This document shows, piece after piece, positions 9,528 through 19,465 of a DNA stretch of 64,000 nucleotides (the first letter of the stretch is position 1; each line of letters starts with the position of its first letter). The stretch lies in contig OY821641.1 of assembly GCA_963555995.3 (NCBI GenBank), forward strand, positions 1,824,001 to 1,888,000. Direction: 5' to 3'. The translations under genes were made by a program, and so were the position numbers. A model generated the notes under the pieces. It was given only the letters and a program-made list of their open reading frames with translations, was not told where the DNA came from and searched no databases. The DNA comes from Vicinamibacteria bacterium. Its GTDB lineage: Bacteria; Acidobacteriota; Vicinamibacteria; Marinacidobacterales; Marinacidobacteraceae.

Positions 9528-9732
9528 GGGAACGCCGGCTTCAGCCGGCACAGCCCGCCGAAGGCGGGCGGCGGGAAGGATCTCGTCTGCCGGGACGGCG
9601 CGAAGGCCGGGAACGCGGACCACCCGTTCTTTCGTGGCGCCTTGCCCGGCCACGCGCCGGGCGGGCCGGAGGCGTCCGTCGTTCCGTTGCGCGCTGCGCA
9701 GCGGGTGCCGGCTGAAGCCGGCGCTCCCAGCC
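9528..9732. repeat. REPIN-like palindromic element (type-A ends, interior family I)
   Basis: GGGAACGCCGGCTTCAGCCGGCAC ... GTGCCGGCTGAAGCCGGCGCTCCC inverted ends; interior homologous to the elements at 34411 and 50104. Confidence 0.85.
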
Positions 9733-9835
9733 GTTTCCGCCACTTTCAGGACGGGCGGGGTGCACACGCGCATGGGCGTTTCTCCCGGTGGGGTGCGCCG
9801 AAGGCCGCCGATCTGGAAGCTGCGAACATACCGGG

Positions 9836-10717
9836 ATGCACGAACCCACCGGAGTCCCGTTCGGCGGACTGCTCGCGTCCGGGGCGGACGCCGAGCGGGC
9901 TCCCGCCTCGCTGCTCGGCGTCATGGACGCCACCCAGTCCACCTACCGGGACCGCTGCGCCGAAGCGCCGCCCGCCATCCGGACGGCCTACGACGGCGCC
10001 TGCTACAACACGGTCTCGGAAACGGGCGTGGACTGCGCCGGGAGCGTCCTGGACCTCGGCGACCTGCGCCCGGCGGGAGGAAGCTTCCGCGAGGATGCGA
10101 CCCGCTACACCGCCGCGGTGGCGGCGGAACTCGAGCGGGGCCGCACTCCCTTCATCCTGGGCGGCGACCACGCCATCACCCCCGCCCTGGTGGCCGCCTA
10201 CGCCGGGCGGGGTCCCCTCCACGTGGTGCAGTGGGACGCCCATCCCGACATGTACCCCGACTTCGAAGGCAACCGGGACTCGCACGCCTGCGTCGCGGCG
10301 CGTCTCCTCGAAATGCCGCACGTCGCGACCATCACCCAGATCGGCATCCGCACCGAGACCGCGGTGCAGCGCGGGGTCCGGGAAGCGGCGGGCGGGCGCG
10401 TCACCCAGATTCCGGCGTGGGAGGCGGAGAAGCGCGCGGCGCTGCTGGCGCACCTCCCGGAGGACGCCGCGATCTACCTGACCGTGGACATGGACGGCTT
10501 CGACCCCGCGTTCGCGCCGGCGGTGGCGCACCCGGTGCCGGCCGGCCTCTCCGCCCGCGCCGGACTCGAACTCGTCAAGGAGACCGGGGCCGCCGCCCGC
10601 CGGCTCGCGGGGATGGACGTCGTGGAAGCCTGTCCCGACGACCGGGACGACCGCACCCTGATCCTCGCCGCCCGCCTCATCCACGAAGGCGTGGCCATCG
10701 TCCTCTCGCGCCGCTGA
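9836..10717 (+). CDS. Agmatinase / arginase-family ureohydrolase
   Basis: LGGDHAIT, WDAHPD, SHAC, QIGIR, TVDMDGFDPAFAP and GMDVVE. Confidence 0.88.
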   Translation: MHEPTGVPFGGLLASGADAERAPASLLGVMDATQSTYRDRCAEAPPAIRTAYDGACYNTVSETGVDCAGSVLDLGDLRPAGGSFREDATRYTAAVAAELERGRTPFILGGDHAITPALVAAYAGRGPLHVVQWDAHPDMYPDFEGNRDSHACVAARLLEMPHVATITQIGIRTETAVQRGVREAAGGRVTQIPAWEAEKRAALLAHLPEDAAIYLTVDMDGFDPAFAPAVAHPVPAGLSARAGLELVKETGAAARRLAGMDVVEACPDDRDDRTLILAARLIHEGVAIVLSRR

Positions 10718-10781
10718 CGCAACCGGTGGGACCGCCGGCCGCGGACGTCGTGACGGACCTCATCTGCCGGGACGGCGCAAC

Positions 10782-10946
10782 GGCTTGGAACGCCGGCTTC
10801 AGCCGGCACAGCCCGCCGCCGGCGGGCGGCGGCGCAAACCTCATCCGTGGAGGTGGGACACCGCCCGGAACATCCGGCAGCACGGCGATTCGCCGTTCCG
10901 CTGCGCTCCGCGCAGCGGGTGCCGGCTGAAGCCGGCGTTCCAAGCC
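10782..10946. repeat. REPIN-like palindromic element (type A)
   Basis: GGCTTGGAACGCCGGCTTCAGCCGGCAC with its perfect reverse complement at the other end; lies between convergent genes. Confidence 0.85.
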
Positions 10947-10956
10947 GGAGGCGCCG

Positions 10957-12252
10957 TCAGGGCGAGGCGATCAACGCCTCGATCTCGTCGTCGGTGAGGA
11001 GCCGCCGCGCCTCCTTGGCGGCGCGGAAGATCCGGTGCTTCAGCTCGTCGGTCGGTTCGTGGCCGTGTTTTTCCAGCCAGTAGATGACGTTCGAGAGGCC
11101 GCTCATCGGCCCCACTTCCACCTGCTGGTGGAGGCCGTAGTCCCCGGCCGGGACGCCCGAATAGACGCGGTCGGCGAGCCAGTCGTCGCCCTTGGCCATC
11201 GCCTTGATGATGGCGGCGGCGTGCACGCCGGTCCCGGTCCGGAAGGCGTCCTTGCCCACCACCGGGTAACCGGCCGGGATCCGCGTTCCCGTCGCCTCGG
11301 AGACGGTGCGGCAGTAGTCCGCGAGGTGCGTGAGGTCGTTTTCGATCCAGCCGAGCAGCCGCAGGTTCACGAGCAACTGGTCCATGGGGGTGTTGCCGCA
11401 GCGTTCCCCGATGCCGATCGCCGTCCCGTGGACGCAATCGGCGCCGGCCTCGATCGCGGTGAGGCTGTTCGGGACGGACAGCCCGCGGTCCCGGTGCCCG
11501 TGCCAATCGAGCTGCACGTCCTCACCGGTGTCGGCAATGACCTCCCGGACGAACTGGAGGAGCCGCGTGACCCCGTCGGGGGTGGCGTGCCCCACCGTGT
11601 CGCAGACGACGACCCGCCGGGCCCCCGACTCGATCGCGACCGTGTAGAGGCGGCGGACGCTCTCGGGGCGCGCCCTGGTGGTGTCCTCGGTCACGTACAT
11701 GGGCGGCACGCCGTGGGCGACCGCCCACTTCACCGCTTTTTCGGTGTGGCGGAGCAGCAGGTCGAGGTCCCAGTCCTCGGCGTACTGGCGGATCGGGCTG
11801 GACCCGATGAACATGGCCACCTCGATCGGCATGCCGACCGCATCGGCCACCCGTGCGATCGGCTCGATGTCGGAGATCACCGTCCGCGCCGCGCAGTTCG
11901 GGCGGATCCGCATCCGGTGGTTCGCGATCTCGCGGGCGAGGTGGAGCACCTGCTCTTCCACGTGCGGGCCGGCGGCCGGAAGCCCGATATCGGCCGAATC
12001 AATGCCGAGCGACTCCATGAGGTGGAGCACCTCGGCCTTCTTCTCCAGCGTCGGGGACGTCACCGACGGGCTCTGGAGCCCGTCGCGGAGCGTCTCGTCG
12101 TTCAGCTTGACCGGCTTCGGAGGGAACCAGGCGCGGGCGGGATCCGGCCGGTTCCAGTCATAAATGAGGGCGTCCGTGGTGGGAACGCCGCCGTTCCCCG
12201 ACGAAAATCGCGGTTCGCCCCGTTCCTCGAGGTTCCGGGCCGGGTCCGTCAT
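10957..12252 (-). CDS. 2-isopropylmalate/homocitrate synthase family (LeuA-like, no regulatory domain)
   Basis: DETLRDGLQ, EDTTRA, CDTVG, WHGHRDRG and GIGERCGN. Confidence 0.88.
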   Translation of the reverse strand: MTDPARNLEERGEPRFSSGNGGVPTTDALIYDWNRPDPARAWFPPKPVKLNDETLRDGLQSPSVTSPTLEKKAEVLHLMESLGIDSADIGLPAAGPHVEEQVLHLAREIANHRMRIRPNCAARTVISDIEPIARVADAVGMPIEVAMFIGSSPIRQYAEDWDLDLLLRHTEKAVKWAVAHGVPPMYVTEDTTRARPESVRRLYTVAIESGARRVVVCDTVGHATPDGVTRLLQFVREVIADTGEDVQLDWHGHRDRGLSVPNSLTAIEAGADCVHGTAIGIGERCGNTPMDQLLVNLRLLGWIENDLTHLADYCRTVSEATGTRIPAGYPVVGKDAFRTGTGVHAAAIIKAMAKGDDWLADRVYSGVPAGDYGLHQQVEVGPMSGLSNVIYWLEKHGHEPTDELKHRIFRAAKEARRLLTDDEIEALIASP

Positions 12253-12270
12253 CGGGTGCGCCCGTCAACC

Positions 12271-13062
12271 TCACGCGCCGAGCCCGGGGATCGTCGCGCC
12301 CAGCGCGTGGAAGCCGCTGTCCACGTGGAGCACCTCGCCGGTGACCCCCCGCGCGGCGTCGGACAGCAGGAACGCCGCCGCGTCCCCCACCTCCGTCGGA
12401 TCGGTGCCGGCGCGGAGCGGCGCGTGCTCGCGGTAGTGCTCGACCATCTTGCCGATCCCGGAGACGCCGGACGCGGCGAGCGTCTTCGCCGGGCCGGCCG
12501 AGATCGCGTTCACCCGGACGCCGCGCGGCCCCAGGTCGCTCGCCAGGTAGCGCACCGAGGACTCCAGCGCCGCCTTCGCCACCCCCATCACGTTGTAGTG
12601 GGGAACCGCGCGCTCGCCGCCCAGATAGCTGAGGGTGAGCGCGGAGCCGCCCCCGTCTGCTTCGAGCAGCGGCGCGAAATGGCGGACGAGCGCGGTCAGC
12701 GAATAGACCGAGATGTCATGGGCGACCCGGAAGCCTTCGCGGGAGGTGGAAACGAAGTCGCCCTCGAGGTCTTCGCGCAGCGCGTAGGCGACGGCGTGGA
12801 CGAGGAAGTCGAGCCCGCCGAAGCGCTCGCGGACGGTCTCGGCGGCGCTTTCGAGCTGCTCCTCGCTCGAGACGTCGAGCGGCAGGGTGAGCGTGCCCGG
12901 GATCTGCGCCGCCAGCTTGTCCACGTTCCGCTGGAGCCGCTCGTTCTGGAAGCTGAGGGCGAGCGCCGCGCCCTCCCGCGCCGCGGAGCGGGCGATCCCC
13001 CACGCGAAGGAGCGGTGGTTCGCGACCCCGACGATCAGTCCTCGTTTGTTCTCAAGCAGCAC
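12271..13062 (-). CDS. fabI: Enoyl-ACP reductase FabI
   Basis: GLIVGVANHRSFAWGIA, YNVMGVAKAALE, RVNAISAGP and TGEVLHVDSG. Confidence 0.95.
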   Translation of the reverse strand: MLLENKRGLIVGVANHRSFAWGIARSAAREGAALALSFQNERLQRNVDKLAAQIPGTLTLPLDVSSEEQLESAAETVRERFGGLDFLVHAVAYALREDLEGDFVSTSREGFRVAHDISVYSLTALVRHFAPLLEADGGGSALTLSYLGGERAVPHYNVMGVAKAALESSVRYLASDLGPRGVRVNAISAGPAKTLAASGVSGIGKMVEHYREHAPLRAGTDPTEVGDAAAFLLSDAARGVTGEVLHVDSGFHALGATIPGLGA

Positions 13063-13080
13063 GGTCTTTCACTTTAGCAG

Positions 13081-14643
13081 TCACCGCGCCGTTCCCACCC
13101 GTGGCTCCCGCATCGGGATGGCCCCACTCGCTTCGAGCCAGGCGGCCAGCCGGATGACGGCGAAATCCGCTCCCGGACCGCCGACGAGCTGCGCCCCGAG
13201 CGGCATGCCCGGCGCATCGAAGCCCGCCGGCGTCGAGAGGGCCGGGAGTCCGGTGAAGTTGAAGGGGCCGACCAGGCGGATGAGCCCGGGACGGATGTCC
13301 TCCGCGGTCGCGAGCGGCTCCCCCGCCTCCGGGGCGCCCGCCGGGGTGGACGGGACCACCAGCACGTCCACGTCCTCGAAGAGCCGCGCGAACGCGCCGG
13401 CGACGAGGCGCCGGCCCCGGAGCGCGGTGATGAGGTCGGCAGCGGACAACACGCCTCCGACATCCAGGAGCCGCCGGACGTCCTCGCTGATGTCGTCCGG
13501 CCGGGCCGCCAGCCGCTCCCGGTGGACCACCGCCGCCTCCCCGAAGGCGAGCACGTTCCGGCAGACGCCGCTCAACTCCACTTCCGGGATCCTCACTTCG
13601 ACGCGCTCCGCCCCCAGCCCGACGAGCGCCGCGACGATGCCGTCCGCCGCCCCGCGGGCGTCCCGGACCAGGTCGGTGTAGAAGAAATCGAGCGGCACCC
13701 CGACCCGCACCCCGGCGAGGGGCTCCGAACCCGCGGCGCGCGGCGACGCCGGGCCGGGAGACCGGCCCGAGAGGACCTCGAAGAGGAGGGCGATGTCCCC
13801 GGCGCTCCGGGCGATGGGCCCGACGTGATCGAGGCTCCACGACAGCGGGGTCACGCCCGCCCGGGACACGGCGCCATAGGACGGTTTCAGGCCGAAGACC
13901 CCGTTGAGCGACGCCGGGATGCGGATGGATCCCCCGGTATCGGTCCCCACCGAGCCGTAGCCCATGCCGGTGGCCACCGCCACCGCGGAACCGGAGGACG
14001 ACCCGCCCGGGATGCGCGCCGGATCGTGCGGGTTCCGGGTCCTCCCGAAGGTCGGGTTGTCGCCGCTGACGCCGAAGGCGAACTCCTGCAGGTTGTTCTT
14101 GCCGAGCAGGATGGCCCCGGCGTCGGCGAGCCGCCCCCAGGCCGGAGCGCTCCGGGCCGCCTCGTGCGGGAACTTCGACCCCGAGGTGGTGGTCATCCCG
14201 GCGACGTCCACGATGTCCTTGACGCTGAGGGGGATCCCGAGGAGGGGCCGCCCGCCGCCCCCCTGCCCCGACGCGCCCGGCGACCCGGTCAGCCGCCGCG
14301 CCTCCGCGAGCGCCTCTTCTTCCCGGAGCTTCAGGAAAGCGCCGAGATGGCGCCCCGCCCGCGCGCGTTCGAGCGCCTCCTCGACCAGGTCCACCGCCGA
14401 GCGGCGCCCCGCGGCGAGGTCGGCGCGCGCGGCGGCGATCGTCCCCGGCGCGGAATCCGCCGGCGGCGCCGGAACCCCGGCCGCCCTCGGGCGGCTCCTG
14501 TCGGGGAGCGCGCCGGCGGCCAGCTCGCCGGCTGTCAGCGGCTCCGGAGGGTCCGGCAGCCGCGCGAACGCCCGTTCGACCGCTTCGAGTTCCTTCCGCA
14601 GCGCGTCGGCCCGTTCCTCGGCGGCGGCCAGCCGTTTTGTCAT
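13081..14643 (-). CDS. Amidase-signature family enzyme (GatA-like)
   Basis: PLLGIPLSVKD, PGGSSSGSA and GTDTGGSIRIPAS. Confidence 0.9.
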   Translation of the reverse strand: MTKRLAAAEERADALRKELEAVERAFARLPDPPEPLTAGELAAGALPDRSRPRAAGVPAPPADSAPGTIAAARADLAAGRRSAVDLVEEALERARAGRHLGAFLKLREEEALAEARRLTGSPGASGQGGGGRPLLGIPLSVKDIVDVAGMTTTSGSKFPHEAARSAPAWGRLADAGAILLGKNNLQEFAFGVSGDNPTFGRTRNPHDPARIPGGSSSGSAVAVATGMGYGSVGTDTGGSIRIPASLNGVFGLKPSYGAVSRAGVTPLSWSLDHVGPIARSAGDIALLFEVLSGRSPGPASPRAAGSEPLAGVRVGVPLDFFYTDLVRDARGAADGIVAALVGLGAERVEVRIPEVELSGVCRNVLAFGEAAVVHRERLAARPDDISEDVRRLLDVGGVLSAADLITALRGRRLVAGAFARLFEDVDVLVVPSTPAGAPEAGEPLATAEDIRPGLIRLVGPFNFTGLPALSTPAGFDAPGMPLGAQLVGGPGADFAVIRLAAWLEASGAIPMREPRVGTAR

Positions 14644-17258
14644 CCGGACTCGGTTTCCCGCGCCGCCGCCAGTTCCTCCGGGGTCACGTCCCCGGCGGCG
14701 AGCCGCCGCAGCTCCTCCTCCCCGCCGACCGGCACCCCCAGCCCCCGGGCCTTCTCCAGCTTGGAGCCGGCGCGTTCGCCGGCCACCACGAGCGACGTGC
14801 GGCTGCTGACGCTCGAGACCACCCGCCCGCCGTGGCGTTCGACGAGTTCCCCGGCTTCCTCGCGGGTGAGCCCGGCGAGTGTCCCGGTCAGCACGATCCT
14901 GAGGCCCGAAAGCGTGGACTCTCCCGTCGCCTCCCAGACCGGGGCCACCCCCGAGCGGGCGAGGTCCTCCAGCTCCCGCCGGTTCGCCTCGTCCGCGAAG
15001 AAGCCCGTCACCGCGTCGGCCACCTGCTCGCCGACCTCGTGCACCTCAAGGAGCGCTTCCCGGTCCGCCGCCGCCAGCCGCTCCAGCGACCCGTAGCGCG
15101 CGGCGAGCACCCGCGCCACGTGCTGGCCGACGTGCGGGATGCCGAGCGCGAACAGGAACCGGTCGAGCCGCACGCCGCGGCTCTCCTCCAGCTCCCGGAG
15201 CAGGTTCGCCGCCGACTTCTCGGCGAACGGACGGCGCCGGCGCTCGGGCAGCGCGAGGAGGTCCGCTTCCGTCAACCCGAAGAGATCCGCCGGGCGGGCC
15301 ACCCGGCCCGAATGCACCAGGTCGGCGGCGATCCCTTCGCTCAGCCTCGGCAGGTCGAGAGCGTTCCTGTCCGCGAGCCGGGCGATCGCGGCGGCGAGGG
15401 CGGCGGGCTCCCAGCGGAAGGGCTCGTCCCGGCGCTGCCCTCCGGCCGCGCCCCGCACCACCCCGGCCTCGACCAGGTCCTCCAGCAGGGCGCGCTTGCC
15501 GGGCGAGGCCAGCGCCTTCAGCGCCTCGTCGGCGCGGCCCGCCGGTCCTTCGCCGGCCCGGCGTTCCGCGTGCGCCCGGAGGGCGGCCAGGTCGAAGTCC
15601 CGCGCCATCGTCTCCGCCCGCGTCGGGCCGACTCCGGGCAGGCCCAGCGCCACCAGCACCCTCCCGAGCGGCGCGTTCCGGGCCGCGCCGAGGCGGCGGA
15701 CCAGCTCCGCCGCGCCAGCGGGATCGAAGGGCCGGCCGGCGGGCTGCGGCGGCACCGCGAGGAGCTTCTCCCGGGTCAGCCGGTACAGGTCCCCCGGCGA
15801 CCGCACGAATCCGCACTCGACGAGGAGTTCCACGAGTTCGTCGCCGAGGGTCTCGATCTCCATGCCGCCCTTGCCGACGAAATGGACCAGCCGGGCCTTC
15901 CGCTGCGCGGGGCAGCTCCAGCCTCCGGAACAGAAGTGGTTGGCGCCTTCCGCCAGCACCGGCCTGCCGCATTCGGGACACCCGGGCGGCATGGACCAGG
16001 GCGCCGCGTCTTCCTCGCGGGCGCGGGAGACGACCTCCACGACCTGCGGGATGACGTCTCCCGCCCGCTGGATGCGGACGCGGTCGCCGGGCTGCGCCCC
16101 GAGCGCCTGGACCATCCCCTCGTTGTGGAGCGTGGCGCGGCTCACCGTCACCCCGGAGACGAGCACCGCATCCAGCCGCGCCACCGGGGTGAGCTTCCCG
16201 GTGCGTCCCACCTGCACGTCAATGGCGAGGAGCGTCGTCTCCGCCTGCCCCGGCGGGAACTTGAAGGCGACCGCCCAGCGGGGATTCCGGGACCGCTCGC
16301 CCAACTCTTCCTGGTCGGCGATCCGGTCCAGCTTGACCACCGCCCCGTCGAGTTCCACGGTGAACCGGTCCCGTCCCTCGATCAGGAGGCGGTGGTAGGC
16401 GAGGACCCGACCGGGGCCGCGTCCCACCTCCCACCAGACGGACCGCCGGCCCGTTGCGCGGCCGCCGTCCCCGCGCGACTCCGGCGCCACCCGGAACCCG
16501 AACCCGGCGAGGGTGCGGAGCACCCCGGACTGCGTCTCGGGCGCCGCGAGCCCGCCGTCGTCCCAGACCAGGATGTCGTAGGCGTAGAGCGCCAGCGGAC
16601 GGGCGGCCGCAATTCCCGGGTCGAGCTGGCGCAGCGAGCCGGCCGCCGCGTTCCTCGGGTTCTTGAAGGTGTCCTTCCCGGCACGCTCGAGACCCTCGTT
16701 CATGCGTTCGAAGTCGGCCACCGGCAGGACGGCTTCGCCGCGCACCGCGAGCCGCTCCGGCGTTCCGTCCCCGGCAAGCCGGAGGGGCAGCGACCGGATG
16801 GTCCGCAGGTTGGCGGTGATGTCCTCCCCGATCGCGCCGTTCCCCCGCGTCGCCCCGCGCACGAACCGGCCGTCCGCATAGACGAGTTCCACCGAGAGCC
16901 CGTCGAACTTCGGCTCGAGGCAGTAGTCGAGGTCGTCCCGGCCGATCTCCCGCTCCATCCGGTCCGTGAACTCGCGCAGCTCGGTCTCGTCGTGGATGCT
17001 CTGGAGCGAGAGCATCGGCGCCTCGTGGCGGACTTCCGGGAACCCCTCGGCCACCGCGCCGCCGACGCGCTGGGTGGGCGAGTCGGGGGTGACGAGTTCC
17101 GGGTGGTCCCGCTCCAGTCCCTCCAGTTCCCGGAAGAGCGCGTCGTAGTCGTGGTCCGCGATCTCCGGCGCGTCGAGGACGTAGTAGCGGTGGTCGTGAT
17201 GGCGGATCGCGTCCACGAGTTCCCGGTGCCGCCCGGCCGGGTCGCGACCTGTCTTCAC
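14640..17258 (-). CDS. ligA: NAD-dependent DNA ligase LigA with a duplicated HhH region
   Basis: YYVLDAP, EPKFDGLS, TRGNGAIGEDIT, NPRNAAAGSLRQ, RAGDVIP, Cys4 zinc finger and C-terminal BRCT. Start at GTG (VKTGRD). Confidence 0.93.
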   Translation of the reverse strand: MKTGRDPAGRHRELVDAIRHHDHRYYVLDAPEIADHDYDALFRELEGLERDHPELVTPDSPTQRVGGAVAEGFPEVRHEAPMLSLQSIHDETELREFTDRMEREIGRDDLDYCLEPKFDGLSVELVYADGRFVRGATRGNGAIGEDITANLRTIRSLPLRLAGDGTPERLAVRGEAVLPVADFERMNEGLERAGKDTFKNPRNAAAGSLRQLDPGIAAARPLALYAYDILVWDDGGLAAPETQSGVLRTLAGFGFRVAPESRGDGGRATGRRSVWWEVGRGPGRVLAYHRLLIEGRDRFTVELDGAVVKLDRIADQEELGERSRNPRWAVAFKFPPGQAETTLLAIDVQVGRTGKLTPVARLDAVLVSGVTVSRATLHNEGMVQALGAQPGDRVRIQRAGDVIPQVVEVVSRAREEDAAPWSMPPGCPECGRPVLAEGANHFCSGGWSCPAQRKARLVHFVGKGGMEIETLGDELVELLVECGFVRSPGDLYRLTREKLLAVPPQPAGRPFDPAGAAELVRRLGAARNAPLGRVLVALGLPGVGPTRAETMARDFDLAALRAHAERRAGEGPAGRADEALKALASPGKRALLEDLVEAGVVRGAAGGQRRDEPFRWEPAALAAAIARLADRNALDLPRLSEGIAADLVHSGRVARPADLFGLTEADLLALPERRRRPFAEKSAANLLRELEESRGVRLDRFLFALGIPHVGQHVARVLAARYGSLERLAAADREALLEVHEVGEQVADAVTGFFADEANRRELEDLARSGVAPVWEATGESTLSGLRIVLTGTLAGLTREEAGELVERHGGRVVSSVSSRTSLVVAGERAGSKLEKARGLGVPVGGEEELRRLAAGDVTPEELAAARETESG

Positions 17259-17284
17259 GGCGCCTCCGCCCTGATAGCAGCGCC

Positions 17285-17486
17285 GGCTTGGAACGCCGGC
17301 TTCAGCCGGCACCGCGGGCCGCCGGCTCGCGGGGGACGTGTCGCGGTTCGGCCTTGCGGGACGCCATGACCGGAACGTCCCGTCCGTTCGGGTCGGCGCA
17401 GAAAAAGAACCGCTCCGCCGGTGGGCGTCGCGCCATGCGCTGCGCTGTCGCGCAGCGCGTGCCGGCTGAAGCCGGCGTTCCAAGCC
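17285..17486. repeat. REPIN-like palindromic element (type A)
   Basis: 28-bp terminal inverted repeats with subterminal hairpins. Confidence 0.85.
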
Positions 17487-17531
17487 GTTTCCGCCGTGTT
17501 CATGACGTGCGGGGGGCGCGAGTGGTCCCGG

Positions 17532-17846
17532 TCATCGGGGTTTGGCCTCCCCACCCCGCGCTGTCCGCCGTTTCACGAATCCGGCCAGGCGGTCGGTGAC
17601 CGCCCGGGACCAGGGGAGGTCCTTCCCGAGCACCGCCAATCCCGCCAGGATCATCAGCACGCCCTGCAGGATCGGGAGGAAGAGCCCGATGACCCCAAGC
17701 GCGAGGAGGAGGAACCCGGAGGCAATCCGCAGGACCCGCCAGGGACGGAAGCGCCGGGCCGCCGGTTGCTGCGAAGAAGCAGTCCCGCCGGTCCGCCTGG
17801 GAGCGCCAGTTTCCGGCTGGCCCCGTCCTCCCGGTGGAGCCGGCAC
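17532..17846 (-). CDS. Small membrane protein (PGPGW/DUF454-like hairpin); start uncertain
   Basis: RIASGFLLLALGVIGLFLPILQGVLMILAGLAVL...PW; flanked on both sides by REPIN-like elements. Confidence 0.55.
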   Translation of the reverse strand: MPAPPGGRGQPETGAPRRTGGTASSQQPAARRFRPWRVLRIASGFLLLALGVIGLFLPILQGVLMILAGLAVLGKDLPWSRAVTDRLAGFVKRRTARGGEAKPR

Positions 17847-17847
17847 A

Positions 17848-18013
17848 GGAGCGCCGGTCTTCAGACCGGCACCGCGGGCCGAAAGCCTGCGGATGTCGCG
17901 TCGCAATTCGCGCTGATGAACCGAAAGCGGAACGCCACCGCGCAGGTCAGCGTCGCGCCGTGCGCTGCGCTGTGGCGCAGCGCGTGCCGGTCTGAAGACC
18001 GGCGCTCCCAGCC
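17848..18013. repeat. REPIN-like element (type-B ends, interior family II)
   Basis: GGAGCGCCGGTCTTCAGACCGGCAC ... GTGCCGGTCTGAAGACCGGCGCTCC. Confidence 0.85.
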
Positions 18014-18157
18014 GGCGGCGCAACGTGCGCTGGTTGACGTTTCGCCGAAACCGCACTTTCGCGGCGGACTTGCCGCCGGACCCGGCCCCGGGCGGGCGGC
18101 GATAATCTGCGCTCGGTCCCGCGGCCATCGCCGTGAAGGTAGCACCCGAGCCCCATT

Positions 18158-19462
18158 TTGAAGAAGACATCCGGCCTCGCCACGGTCCCGCAGGTGCTGG
18201 CCACCTTCGCGGCCACCTTCGTCGCGATCATCCTCATCGGCGTCGTCATCGCGCGGACGGGGTTGCCGTTCGACGTCGCCATCCTCGCGACTCCGGGCGT
18301 CACCCTGCTCGTGGCGCTGGCGGCCATCCGGCTGTTCCGCCTGAACCCCTATCGCGCGTTCCGGCTCCGGCCGGCGAAGAACAGCCAGCTCCTGCTTTCG
18401 GTTCCGATCGCCCTCTCGCTGTTCGTGGTGAGCGACCAGCTCGCCAACCTGAGCCGGGCGTTCCTGCCAATCGACGAGCAACTCGTCCAGACCGTCGCCG
18501 AACTGGTGCGCGCCGAGGGACTGTTTTCCTGGCTGATCCGGCTGGCGGGCATCGGCTTCGGGGCGGCGCTCGCCGAGGAACTGCTGTTCCGGGGCGTGAT
18601 CCTCACCGGGCTCCGGCCCCTCGGCCGGGGCGGCGCCCTCGTCGTTTCGGCGTTGCTCTTCACCGTGATGCACGGCCTGCTGCTGCCCAACTACTTCGTG
18701 GCCGGGCTCGTCCTGGGACTGGCGGCGATGGCCACCCGCAGCATCCTGGTCCCGATCTCGATCCATCTCTTCCACAACGTCGCGGCGCTCCTCCTCTTCA
18801 ACCTGACCGACATCGAGACCCTGGGGGACCCCCTCTGGATTCCGGGCGGGATCCTGGTGCCGGCGGCGGGCATCCTGGCGATCGGGGTCTTCCTCTACCT
18901 GCGGGACCTGGGGGCCGAAACGGCCGGAAAACCCGCGGCGCCGGCGCCCGACGTCCCGCAGGAGACCTGGCTCCCCCCGCCTCCCCCCGGCGCGCTCAGC
19001 CTCGGGGAGGACCTGCGGGAGGTGCCCTCCGGTTCGCGCCGTCTCGGCTTCGTCTTCCTGGCGCTCGCGATGATCGCCGGGGTCTTCATCGCCGTCGGGC
19101 TCTTCATCTACCTCGGCTACCTCACCAACCCGGGGCCCCAGCGCGCCGCCGCCATCCAGCAGCTCCGCCAGATCGCCCACGAATCGCTGGCCGACGAGGC
19201 GGCGAGCCGCGAGGCCGAGATTGACGCGGCGTTCGAGACCCTGACCGAACTGAACCGCGAGGGCCGGGTCGGATTCCGGCACGTCTGGAGGGCGGCCACC
19301 GTGGTCGCCGCCGCCACCACCGACGGGGAGTTCGGGAACGGGGACGTCGAATCCCTGCTGATGGCCGTCGGGGGGATCCGCCAGGACGCCGAGGAACGGC
19401 GTCCGCGCCGGGAACCGCGTCCCGAAGCCGCGCAACCGGCCCGCGCCGGAGAAAGCGAATAG
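18158..19462 (+). CDS. CPBP (CAAX/Abi) intramembrane metalloprotease with a C-terminal extension
   Basis: AEELLFRG, SALLFTVMH and SIHLFHN; multiple TM segments. Confidence 0.85.
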   Translation: MKKTSGLATVPQVLATFAATFVAIILIGVVIARTGLPFDVAILATPGVTLLVALAAIRLFRLNPYRAFRLRPAKNSQLLLSVPIALSLFVVSDQLANLSRAFLPIDEQLVQTVAELVRAEGLFSWLIRLAGIGFGAALAEELLFRGVILTGLRPLGRGGALVVSALLFTVMHGLLLPNYFVAGLVLGLAAMATRSILVPISIHLFHNVAALLLFNLTDIETLGDPLWIPGGILVPAAGILAIGVFLYLRDLGAETAGKPAAPAPDVPQETWLPPPPPGALSLGEDLREVPSGSRRLGFVFLALAMIAGVFIAVGLFIYLGYLTNPGPQRAAAIQQLRQIAHESLADEAASREAEIDAAFETLTELNREGRVGFRHVWRAATVVAAATTDGEFGNGDVESLLMAVGGIRQDAEERRPRREPRPEAAQPARAGESE

Positions 19463-19465
19463 CCG

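Noticed and set aside
14637-17369. 910-aa plus-strand ORF, and similar long antisense ORFs at 11035, 34548, 39584, 44486 and 50540
   Set aside because: Shadow ORFs opposite well-supported genes, expected in very high-GC DNA; no recognisable motifs.
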